Notes: a model not told the origin generated them from the sequence alone. Shown: positions 9,903 through 21,458, numbered from the stretch's first letter. The stretch: 64,000 nucleotides of DNA from a candidate division FCPU426 bacterium (GCA_963840035.1 CAWIXE010000002.1:1376001-1440000), one strand, 5' to 3'. Numbers and translations: made by a program.

Positions 9903-10051
9903 GTAGAGAGGGGGCTTGCCCCCTCTCAAACGTTGGTTTTATAGTTGTAGTCGCAGGCCTGCGTTTCATCGGCCTGCGCCTATTTCAGGATTGCCGTCTA
10001 ATCACCGGCTTGATTAAACAACATATCGCAGCCTGAAGGCTGCGGGGCTAC
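9903..10051. repeat. Cluster of three further GTAG-tagged palindromes
   Basis: GTAG-AGAGGGGGC-TT-GCCCCCTCT (9903, +); GTAG-T-CGCAGGCC...GGCCTGCG (9947, +); GTAG-CCC-CGCAGCCT-TC-AGGCTGCG (10051, -). Confidence 0.65.
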
Positions 10052-10065
10052 CGGCGTTTTAACCG

Positions 10066-12183
10066 TCAATCGCCAATTGTCAATCTGCCGTTTAACACCT
10101 TTATCTCCCCGAATTTCAACTTTACCGGAGAATTTGATTTATTTAATAACGGATTATAGTCCTTAAGCAGAAAGTTCACAAACCCTGCTGGCACTGGGAT
10201 TCCATAAACTTTCAGTTTTACAAACTTAAAAATTATGTCCGATCTATCCGTCCCAGGCGCCGGATTGAAAAGCGATAAGGACGCAACAACCGGGACTTTT
10301 GAATATACACCCGAAATATTTATTAGCCCTTTGTCAAACGCCACTTCCAGTCTGTCCAGTTTTTTCGCGTAAAGCTGTATAAAGTTCTTCAGGTCAGCCG
10401 CGTCTACTTCAAGCGACTTTATCTCAACACTTCCCAGCGACAGCATCTTTAGTTTGCCCTGTTTTAAGGCTGTCGGCTCAGGCAGCAGGTCCCTTACTAT
10501 TATGTCAGCGTTTTTAATCAGCAATCCCTTGTCCTTATGCTTAAAATCGCCTGCAAACCCCTCTTCAAAACCTACCTTCAGGCTGCTCACAGTGGCATTG
10601 TCAAAGGCCACATTAAATCTGAATTTCTTCAGATCCTTTAAATATTGCGACATAAGCTCAATTATCCTGCCGTTAAGGGAATCCCTGTAACCCGGGCCTG
10701 TTTCTATGGCGTCTTTTCTTTTGAAGAGCATGCCCGTTGACTTATCCGGCAGCCGCACTTCGTATACTTTCTCAAATATCTTTGAGAGGCCGCTTTTGGG
10801 GTCCTGCGCCTCGGCAAGTATCTGCCTTCTTTTATCCGCACCCGAGAATTCAGGGCCCACATCACCTGTTTTTACCAGAAAATAGTCCGTGAACATGGGG
10901 AAATTAAATATCCCGGTTAGTTTTAACTCCGGGTAAAAAGCCTGCATGTGGAAGTTATATGAAGGGTTATTCATATACGGGCTGTCAGGCACCACGGCAA
11001 GCGTGCTTCCGGGCTTTACGCGCGAGAGGAAATCCTTTATGTGCCAGTCAGCCGATGACGGCCTGCAGTTTTCAGGAATGTTAAACGGCATAATATAGTT
11101 TGCGGAAACGTAAATAACCACGCCTGACGCGACTATAAAGGAAGCCAGCGCGGTTTTAAGGAACCGGTTTGACTTAAGCGCGTAAACCGCGTATGACGCG
11201 ATAACAGCCGCGGCAGGCATCAGCGGCATTATGTACCTGTCTTTTTTATTATGAAGCAGGGTAAAAAATATAAGCGGTATTATGAAAACAAGCAGGAGCT
11301 TTCTTTTTCCTTTTTCAGCGATGAGCAGCGCTGCCCCAGCGATAAACACTGCGCAAAACATCCATGTCAGTTCAACAGGCAGCAGCTGTATGTAATAAAT
11401 GAGCCCCTGCGGGGTAAATATGCCCGGTAAATTTTCCGTTACCCCCCTGTTAAAGGAGTACTTGAGTAATTTCATCACAATGGAGAAACTGTTATAAATA
11501 TACCATGGCGCCGCTATGACAAGTGCCGCTGCCATGGAAAGCAGCATATTTTTTTTGCTTCCCGCAGCTTTTTCCCCGGCAGCTTCCGCAACCGTAATTA
11601 TCAGCGGCGCGGCAAAGTATATGACAAATGTCCATTTTACCAATAAAGCCATTCCCGCCGTTATTCCGAGCGCGATTATCCAGGGTTTTTTGGTAAAACG
11701 CTGTGTCCTCTCAAGCATATATAGCGACGCTATAAAGAAGGCCGTAATGGGAACGTCGAGCATAAAATAATGCGCTTCCCTGAATACAATGGGGCACGCA
11801 GTCACTATTACGGCTGCTGCGCAGGCGGAAATGTCGTCAAAGTATAACCTGGCATAAAGGAATGTAAATATGATAATTGCGGCTGTAAACAGGGCCATTA
11901 TCATGGTAAAACCGTCCTCAGAGGGATTGATCAGTCCGAAAAAAGCGCCGAGAAACGGGATAAGGGGCGGGTAAAACGCCTCCTGTTTTATAAAAGCGGA
12001 CATAGCTGCCAGGGGCGATATTTTCATAGCCTGCGAAAAATTAAGGCTGGATGTTAAGTGGATGGATTCATCCCAGCGCTGCGGTGTGGAATCCGCGCCG
12101 AGCCAGTAAAACTGGGTAAAAACAACTGAAACTACAAGGATCGAAAGGAAAGCAAAACGGATATAACCCGGCTTTAAGGTCAA
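10066..12183 (-). CDS. GT-C fold membrane glycosyltransferase (ArnT/PMT family) with a C-terminal extracytoplasmic domain
   Basis: WDESIH after the first TM, YPPL, MLDVP, LVKW, PWY, KDRYIMP; many TM helices. Confidence 0.8.
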   Translation of the reverse strand: MTLKPGYIRFAFLSILVVSVVFTQFYWLGADSTPQRWDESIHLTSSLNFSQAMKISPLAAMSAFIKQEAFYPPLIPFLGAFFGLINPSEDGFTMIMALFTAAIIIFTFLYARLYFDDISACAAAVIVTACPIVFREAHYFMLDVPITAFFIASLYMLERTQRFTKKPWIIALGITAGMALLVKWTFVIYFAAPLIITVAEAAGEKAAGSKKNMLLSMAAALVIAAPWYIYNSFSIVMKLLKYSFNRGVTENLPGIFTPQGLIYYIQLLPVELTWMFCAVFIAGAALLIAEKGKRKLLLVFIIPLIFFTLLHNKKDRYIMPLMPAAAVIASYAVYALKSNRFLKTALASFIVASGVVIYVSANYIMPFNIPENCRPSSADWHIKDFLSRVKPGSTLAVVPDSPYMNNPSYNFHMQAFYPELKLTGIFNFPMFTDYFLVKTGDVGPEFSGADKRRQILAEAQDPKSGLSKIFEKVYEVRLPDKSTGMLFKRKDAIETGPGYRDSLNGRIIELMSQYLKDLKKFRFNVAFDNATVSSLKVGFEEGFAGDFKHKDKGLLIKNADIIVRDLLPEPTALKQGKLKMLSLGSVEIKSLEVDAADLKNFIQLYAKKLDRLEVAFDKGLINISGVYSKVPVVASLSLFNPAPGTDRSDIIFKFVKLKVYGIPVPAGFVNFLLKDYNPLLNKSNSPVKLKFGEIKVLNGRLTIGD

Positions 12184-12818
12184 ATCTTAATGTCCTTAAA
12201 ATCAGTGTCTGATTTCAAAACCTCATTTATGGAAATATGCCCGGAAACGGTTTCCCGCTCCTCGCCGTTTATCAGCAGCTTAATTCCCTTTATTGTCTTG
12301 AAGTTATAGAAAACCGTATCAAGGAGCGAATAGACTGCCCTGTATTCAGCCGTGGTCCCGCCCGGCGCTTTTTCCGAAAATTCCCCGGACATGTCGATAT
12401 ACAGGATGTTATTTGGGTCCAGGTAAGCTTCCCTTAACTGCGAGCCTTCCGGCAGCAGGCTTACCCTGCCTTCCTCAAGCGGGCCCTGGCACAGGAGTAT
12501 GATGCACTGCTTTATCTGGTTTATTTCCTGCGCGGAAGCGAATATCCCGCGTTTTTCAGACCTGAAAGCTTCAGAGTCGGAAGCGCCGTAAAATATCACA
12601 ACCTGCTTTTTTGCGTCGGTATCATTGTAAAGCTTATACGCGGCCATCAGCGACTCAACCGTGCGCGGCTTGGGCTGAAAGAGCTTGAGTTCCGCCATGA
12701 TAAAATAAAGGCCTGCCGCCACCGCGACCGCCGCGAGCGTGTATATGTAAACGGACCTGGCGCCTGTTTTTTTCTCAGGAGTTTTTTTCACGAATTGATT
12801 TGCTTTTTTATCAGCCAC
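12180..12818 (-). CDS. GerMN domain membrane protein
   Basis: One TM; LCQGP, YIDMS, GGTTAEYRAVYSL, IKLLINGEERETVSGH. Confidence 0.8.
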   Translation of the reverse strand: MADKKANQFVKKTPEKKTGARSVYIYTLAAVAVAAGLYFIMAELKLFQPKPRTVESLMAAYKLYNDTDAKKQVVIFYGASDSEAFRSEKRGIFASAQEINQIKQCIILLCQGPLEEGRVSLLPEGSQLREAYLDPNNILYIDMSGEFSEKAPGGTTAEYRAVYSLLDTVFYNFKTIKGIKLLINGEERETVSGHISINEVLKSDTDFKDIKI

Positions 12819-12819
12819 G

Positions 12820-13602
12820 TTACTGAGCCCCGCCTTTTCCTTTTATAAAATGCGATATGCCTTCCACCATGTGATAGGCTATTTTTCCAAGCATCCTGTC
12901 GTCCTTTAAGTAACCGAAATCATTTGAGTTATTAAGGTTGCCGAGCTCGACTGCAACCGCAGGCATATCCGCCCCCATGAGCGAATAATGGTTTACCGGG
13001 CCGCCTTTGCGCTCTGCCATTGGCACCGTATCATTCGCCTCGCCGCCGTCAGCAGACGCCTTTTCGGCGATAAGCGGGGCCAGCATGTACTGGGATATGA
13101 ATCCCGCGAGTTTTATGGAATCCGCTATATGGTAAAGCTGCACATCTTCCCAGTTAATTACCGCGGTTTCCTGCCTTTTGCCGTAGATATTGTCCCCTGA
13201 AGGATAATACACGGCAAAACCTTCGGCTTCCTGCGCTACAACGTAATCACAATGAACCGATATGTACAGGGATGATTTTTTTGAATTTGCGGAACCAACG
13301 CGCTCTGCGGGAGTAATAAAATTATCCCCATCGCGCGTTAAAAAGACTTTCACATCCGGGTAAACTTTTTCCATCTTCTGTTTAATAAGTTTCGCGACTT
13401 TTAAGGTAATTTCCTTTTCAGTCACGCCGTGGTAGTTTACTCCCCAGTCGCCGCCGCCATGGGCAGGATCAATGGTTATGATTATGCCCGTGTTGGTTGC
13501 CAGGTCCACGACAGGCGGGAGCCCGCCGCCTGTGGCTGCCGCGAAACAAACCGGAGCCAGGAATATTGCAAGGACTGCCAAAAAGAGTATTTTCTTATGC
13601 AT
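12820..13602 (-). CDS. N-acetylmuramoyl-L-alanine amidase (Amidase_3)
   Basis: IDPAHGG, EKEITL, LTRDGD, SVHCD, MPAVAVELG; signal peptide starts at MHKKILFL (13602). Confidence 0.88.
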   Translation of the reverse strand: MHKKILFLAVLAIFLAPVCFAAATGGGLPPVVDLATNTGIIITIDPAHGGGDWGVNYHGVTEKEITLKVAKLIKQKMEKVYPDVKVFLTRDGDNFITPAERVGSANSKKSSLYISVHCDYVVAQEAEGFAVYYPSGDNIYGKRQETAVINWEDVQLYHIADSIKLAGFISQYMLAPLIAEKASADGGEANDTVPMAERKGGPVNHYSLMGADMPAVAVELGNLNNSNDFGYLKDDRMLGKIAYHMVEGISHFIKGKGGAQ

Positions 13603-14593
13603 TTGCGTTTTCTTCTCCGGACGCCCCTGCGGTTGTAAATATGCCCATATTCCTGAACTTTTCATAGCGCCCGTTGAGCAGTTCGGCGACCGGCAGTTTC
13701 ATGAGTTGATTTAAATTTCTGATAAGCGCCTCTTTTAAGTTCTTAGCGGCAAACTCAGGGTCCCGGTGCGCGCCGTCTATGGGTTCTTCTATAATCTCGT
13801 CTATAACTTTCAGCTCAAGCAGGTCCTTGGCAGTGGGTTTTAACACCTTAGCCGCCTCTGAAGCCTTTGTTGAGTCTTTCCACAGTATAGATGCGCAGCC
13901 TTCAAATGATATGACGCTGTATGTGGCATATTTCATCATAAGAACCCTGTCTCCCACTCCGATACCTAAAGCGCCGCCGCTTCCGCCTTCGCCTATGACG
14001 CTTACCACTATGGGCACCTTAAGCCTGGACATTTCCAAAAGATTCCTGGCGATTGCCTCGGCTACGCCGCGCTCCTCGCCTTCCAGGCCCGGATAAGCGC
14101 CGTTAGTGTCTATGAATGTAACAACCGGAATATTGAATTTTTCCGCGAACTTCATGAGCCTCAATGCTTTTCTATATCCTTCCGGAAGGCCGCAGCCAAA
14201 ACGCCGGAGCAGATTTTCCTTTGTATCTTTGCCCTTCTGCAGGCCTATTATCATTACCGGCATGCCGTCAAGCTTTGCCATGCCGCCTATCATTGCCTTG
14301 TCGTCGCCGAAAGAACGGTCGCCGTGCATTTCCTTAAAATCAGTGAACATCATGGAAACAAAATCCAGCGTCTTCGGCCTTTTCTGGTGCCTCATAATCT
14401 GGACAACCTGCCAGGTGGTCAGGTTCTTATATATCTCGTCTTTCAGCTTCTTTACCTTGTCCTCGAGCGGTTTTATCTCGGTATCCACGCTCATGTTCTT
14501 TTCCTTGGCCGAATGCTTTATGTGTTCTATCTGTTTTTTAAGCTCATAAATTGGCTTTTCAAATTCAAGTACCTGATAGTGCTCGTCTGCCAT
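13595..14593 (-). CDS. accA: Acetyl-CoA carboxylase carboxyltransferase alpha subunit
   Basis: LEFEKPI, MHGDRSFGDD, PEGYRKALRLM, GEGGSGGALG. Confidence 0.97.
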   Translation of the reverse strand: MADEHYQVLEFEKPIYELKKQIEHIKHSAKEKNMSVDTEIKPLEDKVKKLKDEIYKNLTTWQVVQIMRHQKRPKTLDFVSMMFTDFKEMHGDRSFGDDKAMIGGMAKLDGMPVMIIGLQKGKDTKENLLRRFGCGLPEGYRKALRLMKFAEKFNIPVVTFIDTNGAYPGLEGEERGVAEAIARNLLEMSRLKVPIVVSVIGEGGSGGALGIGVGDRVLMMKYATYSVISFEGCASILWKDSTKASEAAKVLKPTAKDLLELKVIDEIIEEPIDGAHRDPEFAAKNLKEALIRNLNQLMKLPVAELLNGRYEKFRNMGIFTTAGASGEENANA

Positions 14594-14616
14594 TTTTTAT
14601 ATTCTCCTTTATTTCT

Positions 14617-15303
14617 TTAGAAATATGCTACGTAAACGATCTTAAGTATCCTGGAAAAATAGAGCTCATTATTCCACAACCCGAAATTCATTCCTACATC
14701 TATCTCGATGGGGTCAAAGAAATACCCTATCACGGCGTTCGCGTTCCTGTGGTCGCCTGCCCCGAAAACCCCGTCAAACTCCGCGCCTATGACAAATTCC
14801 TTTGTAATGGCGAATTCAATTCCCGCGCCCACATCAATGTCCTGGCCAAACTGCCTGAACTGATTATTATTATAGACCGTACCGGTCAGCTGGGCAAAAA
14901 TCGGGCCCAGGGCTATTTCTTTTGTAATGGCAACAAATACCCCTTTTGCCGGGGCCTTGTAGTAACCTTCGCCTTCGTAGCCTATTGAAATCGCCGGAAT
15001 CGCGCCGTCATCATCAGTCAGCCTTACCTTACCCAGAAACCACGGTATGTTGAGCGAAATATTTCCGTGTCCGATAATATTGTCGACGCGTTCGGCTCCG
15101 CCTATCATAAGCCTGTCAAATATGCCCACATAAATCCTGCTTAATATGCCGCCACCTGGATAGAACTTAAAGTCTCCCCTGAGCTCACCCTTCATAAGGG
15201 TATTCGCTGTAGGAACATCGAGTATTTCGGTATTCCTGGCCTGACTGCCCATAAGGAAACACGCAGCCAGCATAAATAATATGGCTAAAACAGCTCTTTT
15301 CAT
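14617..15303 (-). CDS. Putative outer-membrane beta-barrel protein (YjbH-like N-terminus)
   Basis: Signal peptide, ILDVPTANTL..G motif, alternating beta strands, terminal Phe. Confidence 0.55.
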   Translation of the reverse strand: MKRAVLAILFMLAACFLMGSQARNTEILDVPTANTLMKGELRGDFKFYPGGGILSRIYVGIFDRLMIGGAERVDNIIGHGNISLNIPWFLGKVRLTDDDGAIPAISIGYEGEGYYKAPAKGVFVAITKEIALGPIFAQLTGTVYNNNQFRQFGQDIDVGAGIEFAITKEFVIGAEFDGVFGAGDHRNANAVIGYFFDPIEIDVGMNFGLWNNELYFSRILKIVYVAYF

Positions 15304-15365
15304 GGTTCCTCCTGTTTAATATAACCTCTATAATATATAATATTTTTACGGGTTTGTAAAACGTT

Positions 15366-17222
15366 TTATTTTGGTATTACCTTTAAAATTCTAGCCTTAA
15401 GTTCTAATGCCGGCCCATAATTCCCTTTTAAATAAAGGGCTTTATTACATTCTCCAAGCGCTTCCCGGAATGCCCCTTTCAGGAACAGCGCTTTTGAAAG
15501 GCTATACCGCGTTTCCATGGACGCGGGCTGCCATTTTACCCCTTCGGTTAATACCCTTATAGCTCCGTCTAAATCACCTTTTTCAGTATAAATAATCCCC
15601 AGGTTGTTGTAAGCCGGCCCATAATCCCTGAAAATGGATATAACAGACTCATAACACCGCGCCGCCGACCCCTTATCCCCCGAATTTAAGTACGCATTGC
15701 CCAGGTTGTATGCGGCTCCGCCAAAATATGGATATAATTCAATGGCCCTGCTAAAAGCCGCAACAGCTCCGGATGAGTCGCCCGACCTGTTTTTTATGAT
15801 TCCTTCATAAAAACATAACTGGTAATCCCTTTTTACAATTGCCCTGTTGCTTTCCATGTCGGGTTTTAGCGGCTTTGATGCTGCGTATGAATAGTACTTT
15901 ATCAGGTAATTCCTGGCAAAATACCCGCCCGTAAACATAAGGATACTGACGCTGACTGCCGCCAGTACAACTCCGGCCGCGGCCCTCAAAGGCCAATCCT
16001 GGTTAAAATCCCTCTCAGCATCAGAGGTCATTATCAACGCGCACAAAAAATAGAGCGCCGCTATAAAAGGTATTTCAAAAGGGAAATTAAATGCCGCAAA
16101 AACCGCCATACCTGCCGCGGCTGCCGCGGCCGTTATTGTTCCTGCTGTTTTTTTAGGGGACCTAAAAAATGAATAAAACGGGTAAAAAACAGCGGCGATA
16201 AAGAGCAACAGCCCTGCCCAACCGGTTTCCGCTAAAACCTGAAGATAGTCATTATGCGCGTATGCCTCATCATGCACCTTTACAAAATCCGGATAACCGC
16301 CTTTTTTTATTTCCATAGCCTGGTATCCCGGCGAGAGTATCAGATAATTGCCCGCCCCTACCCCGGTCCACGGATTTGACGCTGACATACCTATTGCGGA
16401 TGCCCATAACAACTTACGGTTCTGATATGATTCCGACTTACCCTGTCCCAGAAACACGAGCAACAGGACCGCCACAATAACAGCTGCCGGAAAGGCGAAT
16501 TTATTTGCCTTCTTTGCTGAGACAAAAACGTAAATAACAACCGCTTCAAATACTACCGCCATAATCCCGGAAAAAGAACGCGTCAGTAGCATAACCGCAA
16601 GCTGTGTTAAAAACAGCGCCGCGGTAACTCGCGACGCCTTACGGCTGAAAAAATACCACGCTGCGGGTATCGAAAAAACAAGGAACGCCGCCAACACATC
16701 CGGATTGCCCAGCAATGAAAACACCCTGAAACCAAAATTGTTTCCGTCCGAACCCGGGAGGCTGAACTTCAGGTAAAAAGAGGCCAGCTGCATGATGCCG
16801 TACAACGACAGTATAAACCCGGAAACGGTTAATCCTGCGAAAAATTTATCTTTATTCTTTGAAAATCCGTTCACCCCCGACAAAAACACAAATAATAGAA
16901 TTATAGCCCATTGCCAGATACGGGTAAAAAACAACTCCCTGTTGATGTTTTTTACCCCGAATCCGGACATAAAAAGGACGATAACAAACACCATCGGGAT
17001 AAGCATATACGGATTGAACCGGACACTTCCGCCAGAGTGTTTGGTAAAAACAAAAATAACAGCCATGATTGCGCAGGCTGCCGCGCCGAATATCCACGAA
17101 GAAGTATAAAGAGTATCAAAAAGGTAAGGTAATTTTAGGTAAAAAGAAAACGCGGCAAACGCCAGCGTTAAAATAACAGCGCATTTTTCAGGTACGCTTA
17201 TTATGGTTGTTCTGTTCATCAC
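15366..17222 (-). CDS. O-antigen ligase/O-oligosaccharyltransferase-like (Wzy_C) protein with TPRs
   Basis: SLLGNPD, TRSFSG, R..LW...PWTGVG, AHNDYLQ, C-terminal TPRs (AYNNLG). Confidence 0.82.
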   Translation of the reverse strand: MMNRTTIISVPEKCAVILTLAFAAFSFYLKLPYLFDTLYTSSWIFGAAACAIMAVIFVFTKHSGGSVRFNPYMLIPMVFVIVLFMSGFGVKNINRELFFTRIWQWAIILLFVFLSGVNGFSKNKDKFFAGLTVSGFILSLYGIMQLASFYLKFSLPGSDGNNFGFRVFSLLGNPDVLAAFLVFSIPAAWYFFSRKASRVTAALFLTQLAVMLLTRSFSGIMAVVFEAVVIYVFVSAKKANKFAFPAAVIVAVLLLVFLGQGKSESYQNRKLLWASAIGMSASNPWTGVGAGNYLILSPGYQAMEIKKGGYPDFVKVHDEAYAHNDYLQVLAETGWAGLLLFIAAVFYPFYSFFRSPKKTAGTITAAAAAAGMAVFAAFNFPFEIPFIAALYFLCALIMTSDAERDFNQDWPLRAAAGVVLAAVSVSILMFTGGYFARNYLIKYYSYAASKPLKPDMESNRAIVKRDYQLCFYEGIIKNRSGDSSGAVAAFSRAIELYPYFGGAAYNLGNAYLNSGDKGSAARCYESVISIFRDYGPAYNNLGIIYTEKGDLDGAIRVLTEGVKWQPASMETRYSLSKALFLKGAFREALGECNKALYLKGNYGPALELKARILKVIPK

Positions 17223-17686
17223 TTAGGCTGGTTTTTATCGGTTAAAAACTTCTGTAATTCTTTTGTAAAGGCATTGATGTCTTTGAACTGTCTGTACACG
17301 GAAGCAAACCTGACATAGGCCACCTCATCGAGCTTTGCAAGTTTTTCCATGAGCATTTCGCCTATGATCGTTGACGCCACTTCCTTTTCCATCCTGCTGT
17401 AAAGCTGTTTTTCTATGTCGTCCACGACTTCATATAAGTTTTCAACGGATATAGGGCGTTTTTCACAGGCCTTTGTCAGGCCCGAGAGTATTTTATTCTT
17501 GTCAAATGATTCCCTGCGCCCGTCTTTTTTGATGACCATGGGAAGCGCGTGCTCCACCTGCTCATAAGTGGTAAACCTCTTGGCGCATTTCAGACACTCG
17601 CGCCTCCTCCTTATGGCCTCTCCGTCACGGCTCTCGCGCGAGTCCACGACCTTGTCTTTTTTATGTCCGCAGTATGGGCATTTCAT
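17219..17686 (-). CDS. nrdR: Transcriptional repressor NrdR
   Basis: [19 protein letters not shown] cone, [11 protein letters not shown]. Confidence 0.97.
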   Translation of the reverse strand: MKCPYCGHKKDKVVDSRESRDGEAIRRRRECLKCAKRFTTYEQVEHALPMVIKKDGRRESFDKNKILSGLTKACEKRPISVENLYEVVDDIEKQLYSRMEKEVASTIIGEMLMEKLAKLDEVAYVRFASVYRQFKDINAFTKELQKFLTDKNQPK

Positions 17687-19965
17687 CTTCCGGCCTTCTT
17701 TCTTGCCTGCTCTAAGGCAGCCGTAACCCGCGTGTCGGCAGGATTTATATTGGCGGCGGTTTCATATGTGGCGACAGCATCGCTGAATTTCCCCATTAAT
17801 TCGTAAAGTTTTCCCATGTTTAAATACCCTTCAATATAATCCGGTTTTACAGCCACGACTTTCCGGAACATTTCCATGGCCTGTTGGAATTTTTTCTGAT
17901 TAAAATAAATTATGGCAAGGTTGCTGTACGTGGAAAGCTCCGTGGCCGTATCCCTGAACCACTGCTTGTTATCCGCCGCCTGCACATAGTATTCCTGCGC
18001 TTGCGCGGCGAATTCCTTGCCGCGCAGCATTTTCATGTACCCCATATATGAATACGGCACGGCAAAATTCGGGTACTTTACAAGGTATCCTTTGCATATT
18101 TCCTCAGCTTTATCAAACTGCTGAAGCGCGATGTATACGGAAGCAAGGTCCAGGCCGAAATAAGCGTTATTCGGATCCCTTTTTATGGCTTCATTGTAGT
18201 ATTTTACAGCGTCCTGAAATTTCGAAGGGTCAAGGCTTTCCCCGTAATTCCTGTATACCCGGGCAAGGTTGTTAAAGTTATATCCGTTCATCGGATTCAT
18301 GAATATGGTCCTCTCATGAATTTTCATGGCGGAGTTTATATATTCCATCTTCTTCTGGGGATTCTGTTCTCCCCTGAGCATTTTCTCATACGCTATCCCG
18401 TATTTTACCCAGTAAATTTCGCAGTTGGGGTTTAATTCCACGGCCCTCTGATAATAAGGCACGGAAAGGTCGTTTTTTTCCGATGATGTCGCGATATTCC
18501 CGATCTTAAAATACATGTCCGCCGACCATTCCCTTGCCAGCATCCCGAAAAGAATAAGGAACACAGCTATTATCACTGAATATGTGAGGCCCCTGTATTG
18601 CCTGATCACGCCCGTTACGGCTGGCGGCAGTTCCAGATTCATTATTTTTTTTGAATTAATGTCAAGCGACGCCACCATGCCGAGCGCCATCCAGAAAACA
18701 ACGCCGTACGCCGCCACAGTATAATTAAAAAGCCCCTGCACCGCGTATGCGATAACAGCCATAAAGACCCCAAAAACGAGATATCTGGTTGTTATATCCC
18801 TGTCCTTAAATATCATGTTGTAGCATTTTTTTATAAAAGCCGTAAAAATCAGGAGGTAAAAACCCATACCTACCAGCCCCTGCGTGGCAAGTACCTGCAG
18901 GAAAATATTATGAGTCTTCTCAGGCGTGCCATTCCACTCCAGCTGCCAGTAAATGGGGAAACGGTAATATGGGAACATGACCTGAAAAGTGTCAAGCCCG
19001 GTTCCGAAAACAGGGTAATCCCTGAACATCATAAGGGCTGATTCCCATATATAAATCCTTGGCGTAAGAGTTATCCCATGAAATGTAAAAAGCCCCTTTG
19101 ACCGTTCCCAAATGGTAAAAATGCCTTCCTGTACCTTCGGTATAAAAAGTGTCCCTAAAATCAGAAAACCGAACATTATAAACCATGTTTTATTCTTGGA
19201 GAACAGGACATTGCCCTGCTTACGGCTGTCGATGATGGCGTAAACGGCTAGAAGGACTACAGTGGAAAGGAAACTGATAAAACCGGCCCTTGATTTTGTA
19301 AGAAATAGTACAGTAACAGCCATTAAAAGCACTGTTAATATGGCGACTTTTTTTAATTTTTTATGGGTCATAAAGAACATGATGGCTATTATGGGAATTG
19401 TCTCAACCAGATATGCCGCGAGGAAGTTCGGATTGCCAAGTGTTGAAAAGAACCTCTCCGGGCTGTATGTCTCCGGGTTCCACATGACAAAATCCCACCC
19501 GAAATTCTGGGCAAGGCCGTAACCCGCAATGAGAAGAGTTGCCAGCAGCATGACAGTCATGACTTTATAGACACCCGCGGCGCTCTTTATATAATTGACC
19601 GTGAGATAGAACAGGCCTATGTAGAAAATCATGGTTATGATGCCTTCAAAATCCTCGTACACCCCGAAAACCGAAAGAAAATGGTTCCTGGTGACAAGCG
19701 TCGTGATAAAACAGGCGGCCAGGTAGCCCAGCACAGGAAAATCAAAATCAGTACGGGCGAGCGTTATTTTTTTCTGCGTGGCCAGCAGCATCACCATAAG
19801 CGCGGCCGCCAGAAGGACAAAAAATTTGAAGACAAATATCTTGTTTATCTCAAAGACATCGTTGGTCCTTGTATAAAAAATAACCGGGACAATGAAAGCC
19901 ACGGCTAAGATCGAAAGCTCTATGGTCTTCTCAGCGTATTTCTTAAAGTTCATGTTCCTCCGCAT
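17683..19965 (-). CDS. O-antigen ligase/O-oligosaccharyltransferase-like (Wzy_C) protein with TPRs
   Basis: [24 protein letters not shown]...PVFGTG, THNIFLQ, TPR tail. Confidence 0.85.
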   Translation of the reverse strand: MRRNMNFKKYAEKTIELSILAVAFIVPVIFYTRTNDVFEINKIFVFKFFVLLAAALMVMLLATQKKITLARTDFDFPVLGYLAACFITTLVTRNHFLSVFGVYEDFEGIITMIFYIGLFYLTVNYIKSAAGVYKVMTVMLLATLLIAGYGLAQNFGWDFVMWNPETYSPERFFSTLGNPNFLAAYLVETIPIIAIMFFMTHKKLKKVAILTVLLMAVTVLFLTKSRAGFISFLSTVVLLAVYAIIDSRKQGNVLFSKNKTWFIMFGFLILGTLFIPKVQEGIFTIWERSKGLFTFHGITLTPRIYIWESALMMFRDYPVFGTGLDTFQVMFPYYRFPIYWQLEWNGTPEKTHNIFLQVLATQGLVGMGFYLLIFTAFIKKCYNMIFKDRDITTRYLVFGVFMAVIAYAVQGLFNYTVAAYGVVFWMALGMVASLDINSKKIMNLELPPAVTGVIRQYRGLTYSVIIAVFLILFGMLAREWSADMYFKIGNIATSSEKNDLSVPYYQRAVELNPNCEIYWVKYGIAYEKMLRGEQNPQKKMEYINSAMKIHERTIFMNPMNGYNFNNLARVYRNYGESLDPSKFQDAVKYYNEAIKRDPNNAYFGLDLASVYIALQQFDKAEEICKGYLVKYPNFAVPYSYMGYMKMLRGKEFAAQAQEYYVQAADNKQWFRDTATELSTYSNLAIIYFNQKKFQQAMEMFRKVVAVKPDYIEGYLNMGKLYELMGKFSDAVATYETAANINPADTRVTAALEQARKKAGR

Positions 19966-19970
19966 GGTTT

Positions 19971-20396
19971 TTAGTACATGGTATAATTAATGCCTTTAAT
20001 ATCCTTTTCAATGCTGTTAATATAAACATCGCCGTTATTGGTATTATAATACCAACCCCGTCCGTAATCGGACGGAATGTTGTTGCCGTATGTCAATGTG
20101 TTTCCTGAAGGGTCGTGTAGCGCCGGATAATGCGACTTTACCGCCGGCATGACATCCCCCATCATATGCTTAAAAAGAGGGTTCTCAATGTCAAGCGTCT
20201 TCGGCATTATCGCGTAACTGCTGTAATAAATGGTGACAGCCGACCTGATGGCCGCAAGGTTTCCAAGCGACGTTCCGAGGTTTGCCTTTTCAATGGCCTC
20301 ACCGAACTTTGGCACAGCCACAGCCGCAAGTATCCCTATAATCCCGACGACTATCATCAGCTCGATTAATGTAAACCCGCTATTTTTTTTCAACAC
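19971..20396 (-). CDS. Type IV pilin/pseudopilin
   Basis: G|FTLIELMIVVGIIGILAAVAVP prepilin motif; likely start at GTG/TTG near 20396 after GAGGG. Confidence 0.85.
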   Translation of the reverse strand: MLKKNSGFTLIELMIVVGIIGILAAVAVPKFGEAIEKANLGTSLGNLAAIRSAVTIYYSSYAIMPKTLDIENPLFKHMMGDVMPAVKSHYPALHDPSGNTLTYGNNIPSDYGRGWYYNTNNGDVYINSIEKDIKGINYTMY

Positions 20397-20400
20397 ACCC

Positions 20401-21000
20401 TCAAATAATGAACTTATCAGTGGTCTTTTTAAGTTTTCCAACTATATCCGAAAGCTCATCTATAGCGTCCTTGACATCCTTTTTAAGGGATTTTTCCCTG
20501 CCCATGTCGGCTTTTAGTTTATCAGCGAGCTCTACCAGCCTATTTGTAATAACTTTGTCCTCCCGGACAATAGACTTTATCCCGTCAATCATGGTATTTA
20601 AAGAGTTTGCAAGATCGTGCAGCTCATCACCTTTCCTGAATTTTACCTTTATATCAAGATTCCCGCGCGAGAGCTCTTCTGCAACCCTTTCCACCCGAAA
20701 AATCGGGCCCGCCACTTTGTGTGATAGCAGTATGCCCGCGATAGAAAATACTATTGCAAGCAGTCCGACCGGAATTACGAGCATCTCTGTTGTCCTGATG
20801 AGGATATCTGTCATTTTTTTTGCGGCTTCAGGGACAAAGAAAAACGCGTCAAGGACATTGTTCCAGATAACGTAGAAAGTAGTAAAGCTTACGCAGAACA
20901 CCGTTACAAGCATGGAAAAAAGGATAATAAAAAGATATTTATACTGAAACTTCCTGTTTACGATATATATTTTTCTTTTGTGATCATGCTGTTGTGCCAC
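20401..21000 (-). CDS. Two-TM HAMP-domain protein with no output domain
   Basis: RKIYIVNRKFQYKY, two TMs, SHKVAGPIFRV...RKGDELHDLANSLNTM; GTG start. Confidence 0.75.
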   Translation of the reverse strand: MAQQHDHKRKIYIVNRKFQYKYLFIILFSMLVTVFCVSFTTFYVIWNNVLDAFFFVPEAAKKMTDILIRTTEMLVIPVGLLAIVFSIAGILLSHKVAGPIFRVERVAEELSRGNLDIKVKFRKGDELHDLANSLNTMIDGIKSIVREDKVITNRLVELADKLKADMGREKSLKKDVKDAIDELSDIVGKLKKTTDKFII

Positions 21001-21020
21001 GTTTCTACCCCCTGTTTTTA

Positions 21021-21458
21021 TTAGTAAGACGTGTACGGCTGGCCTTTTATGTCGTTAGCCGTTGAGTTAATATATACCGAACCGTTTACCTTGTTATAAA
21101 ACCATCCGGTATTCGGGCCCGTCGGTATGTCAGTATCCACCACACCCACCGTCACCATATTTCCTGCAGGCGGGTTTGCCTTGGGTTCTTTTACTTTCAC
21201 AGCGGGCATTTCTCCGTTTATTACCTTGTCCATCAACGGCTGCACCCTTGGATCGATGGTCCCCGGCAGCGCCATGTAATTGGCATTATAAATCGAAACA
21301 CAGGACCTCAGCGAAGCCAGATTGCCGATGGTCGCTCCCAAATTCGCTTTTTCAAGAAGATCACCATACTTTGGTATTGCCACAGCAGCCAGCAAACCGA
21401 TAATGGCAACTACAATCATAAGTTCAATAAGCGTCATACCATTCTTTCCCTTAAACAT
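21021..21458 (-). CDS. Type IV pilin/pseudopilin, paralog of 19971-20396
   Basis: G|MTLIELMIVVAIIGLLAAVAIP; shares EKANLG..GNLA..RS and GW.YN..NG.VYINS. Confidence 0.88.
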   Translation of the reverse strand: MFKGKNGMTLIELMIVVAIIGLLAAVAIPKYGDLLEKANLGATIGNLASLRSCVSIYNANYMALPGTIDPRVQPLMDKVINGEMPAVKVKEPKANPPAGNMVTVGVVDTDIPTGPNTGWFYNKVNGSVYINSTANDIKGQPYTSY

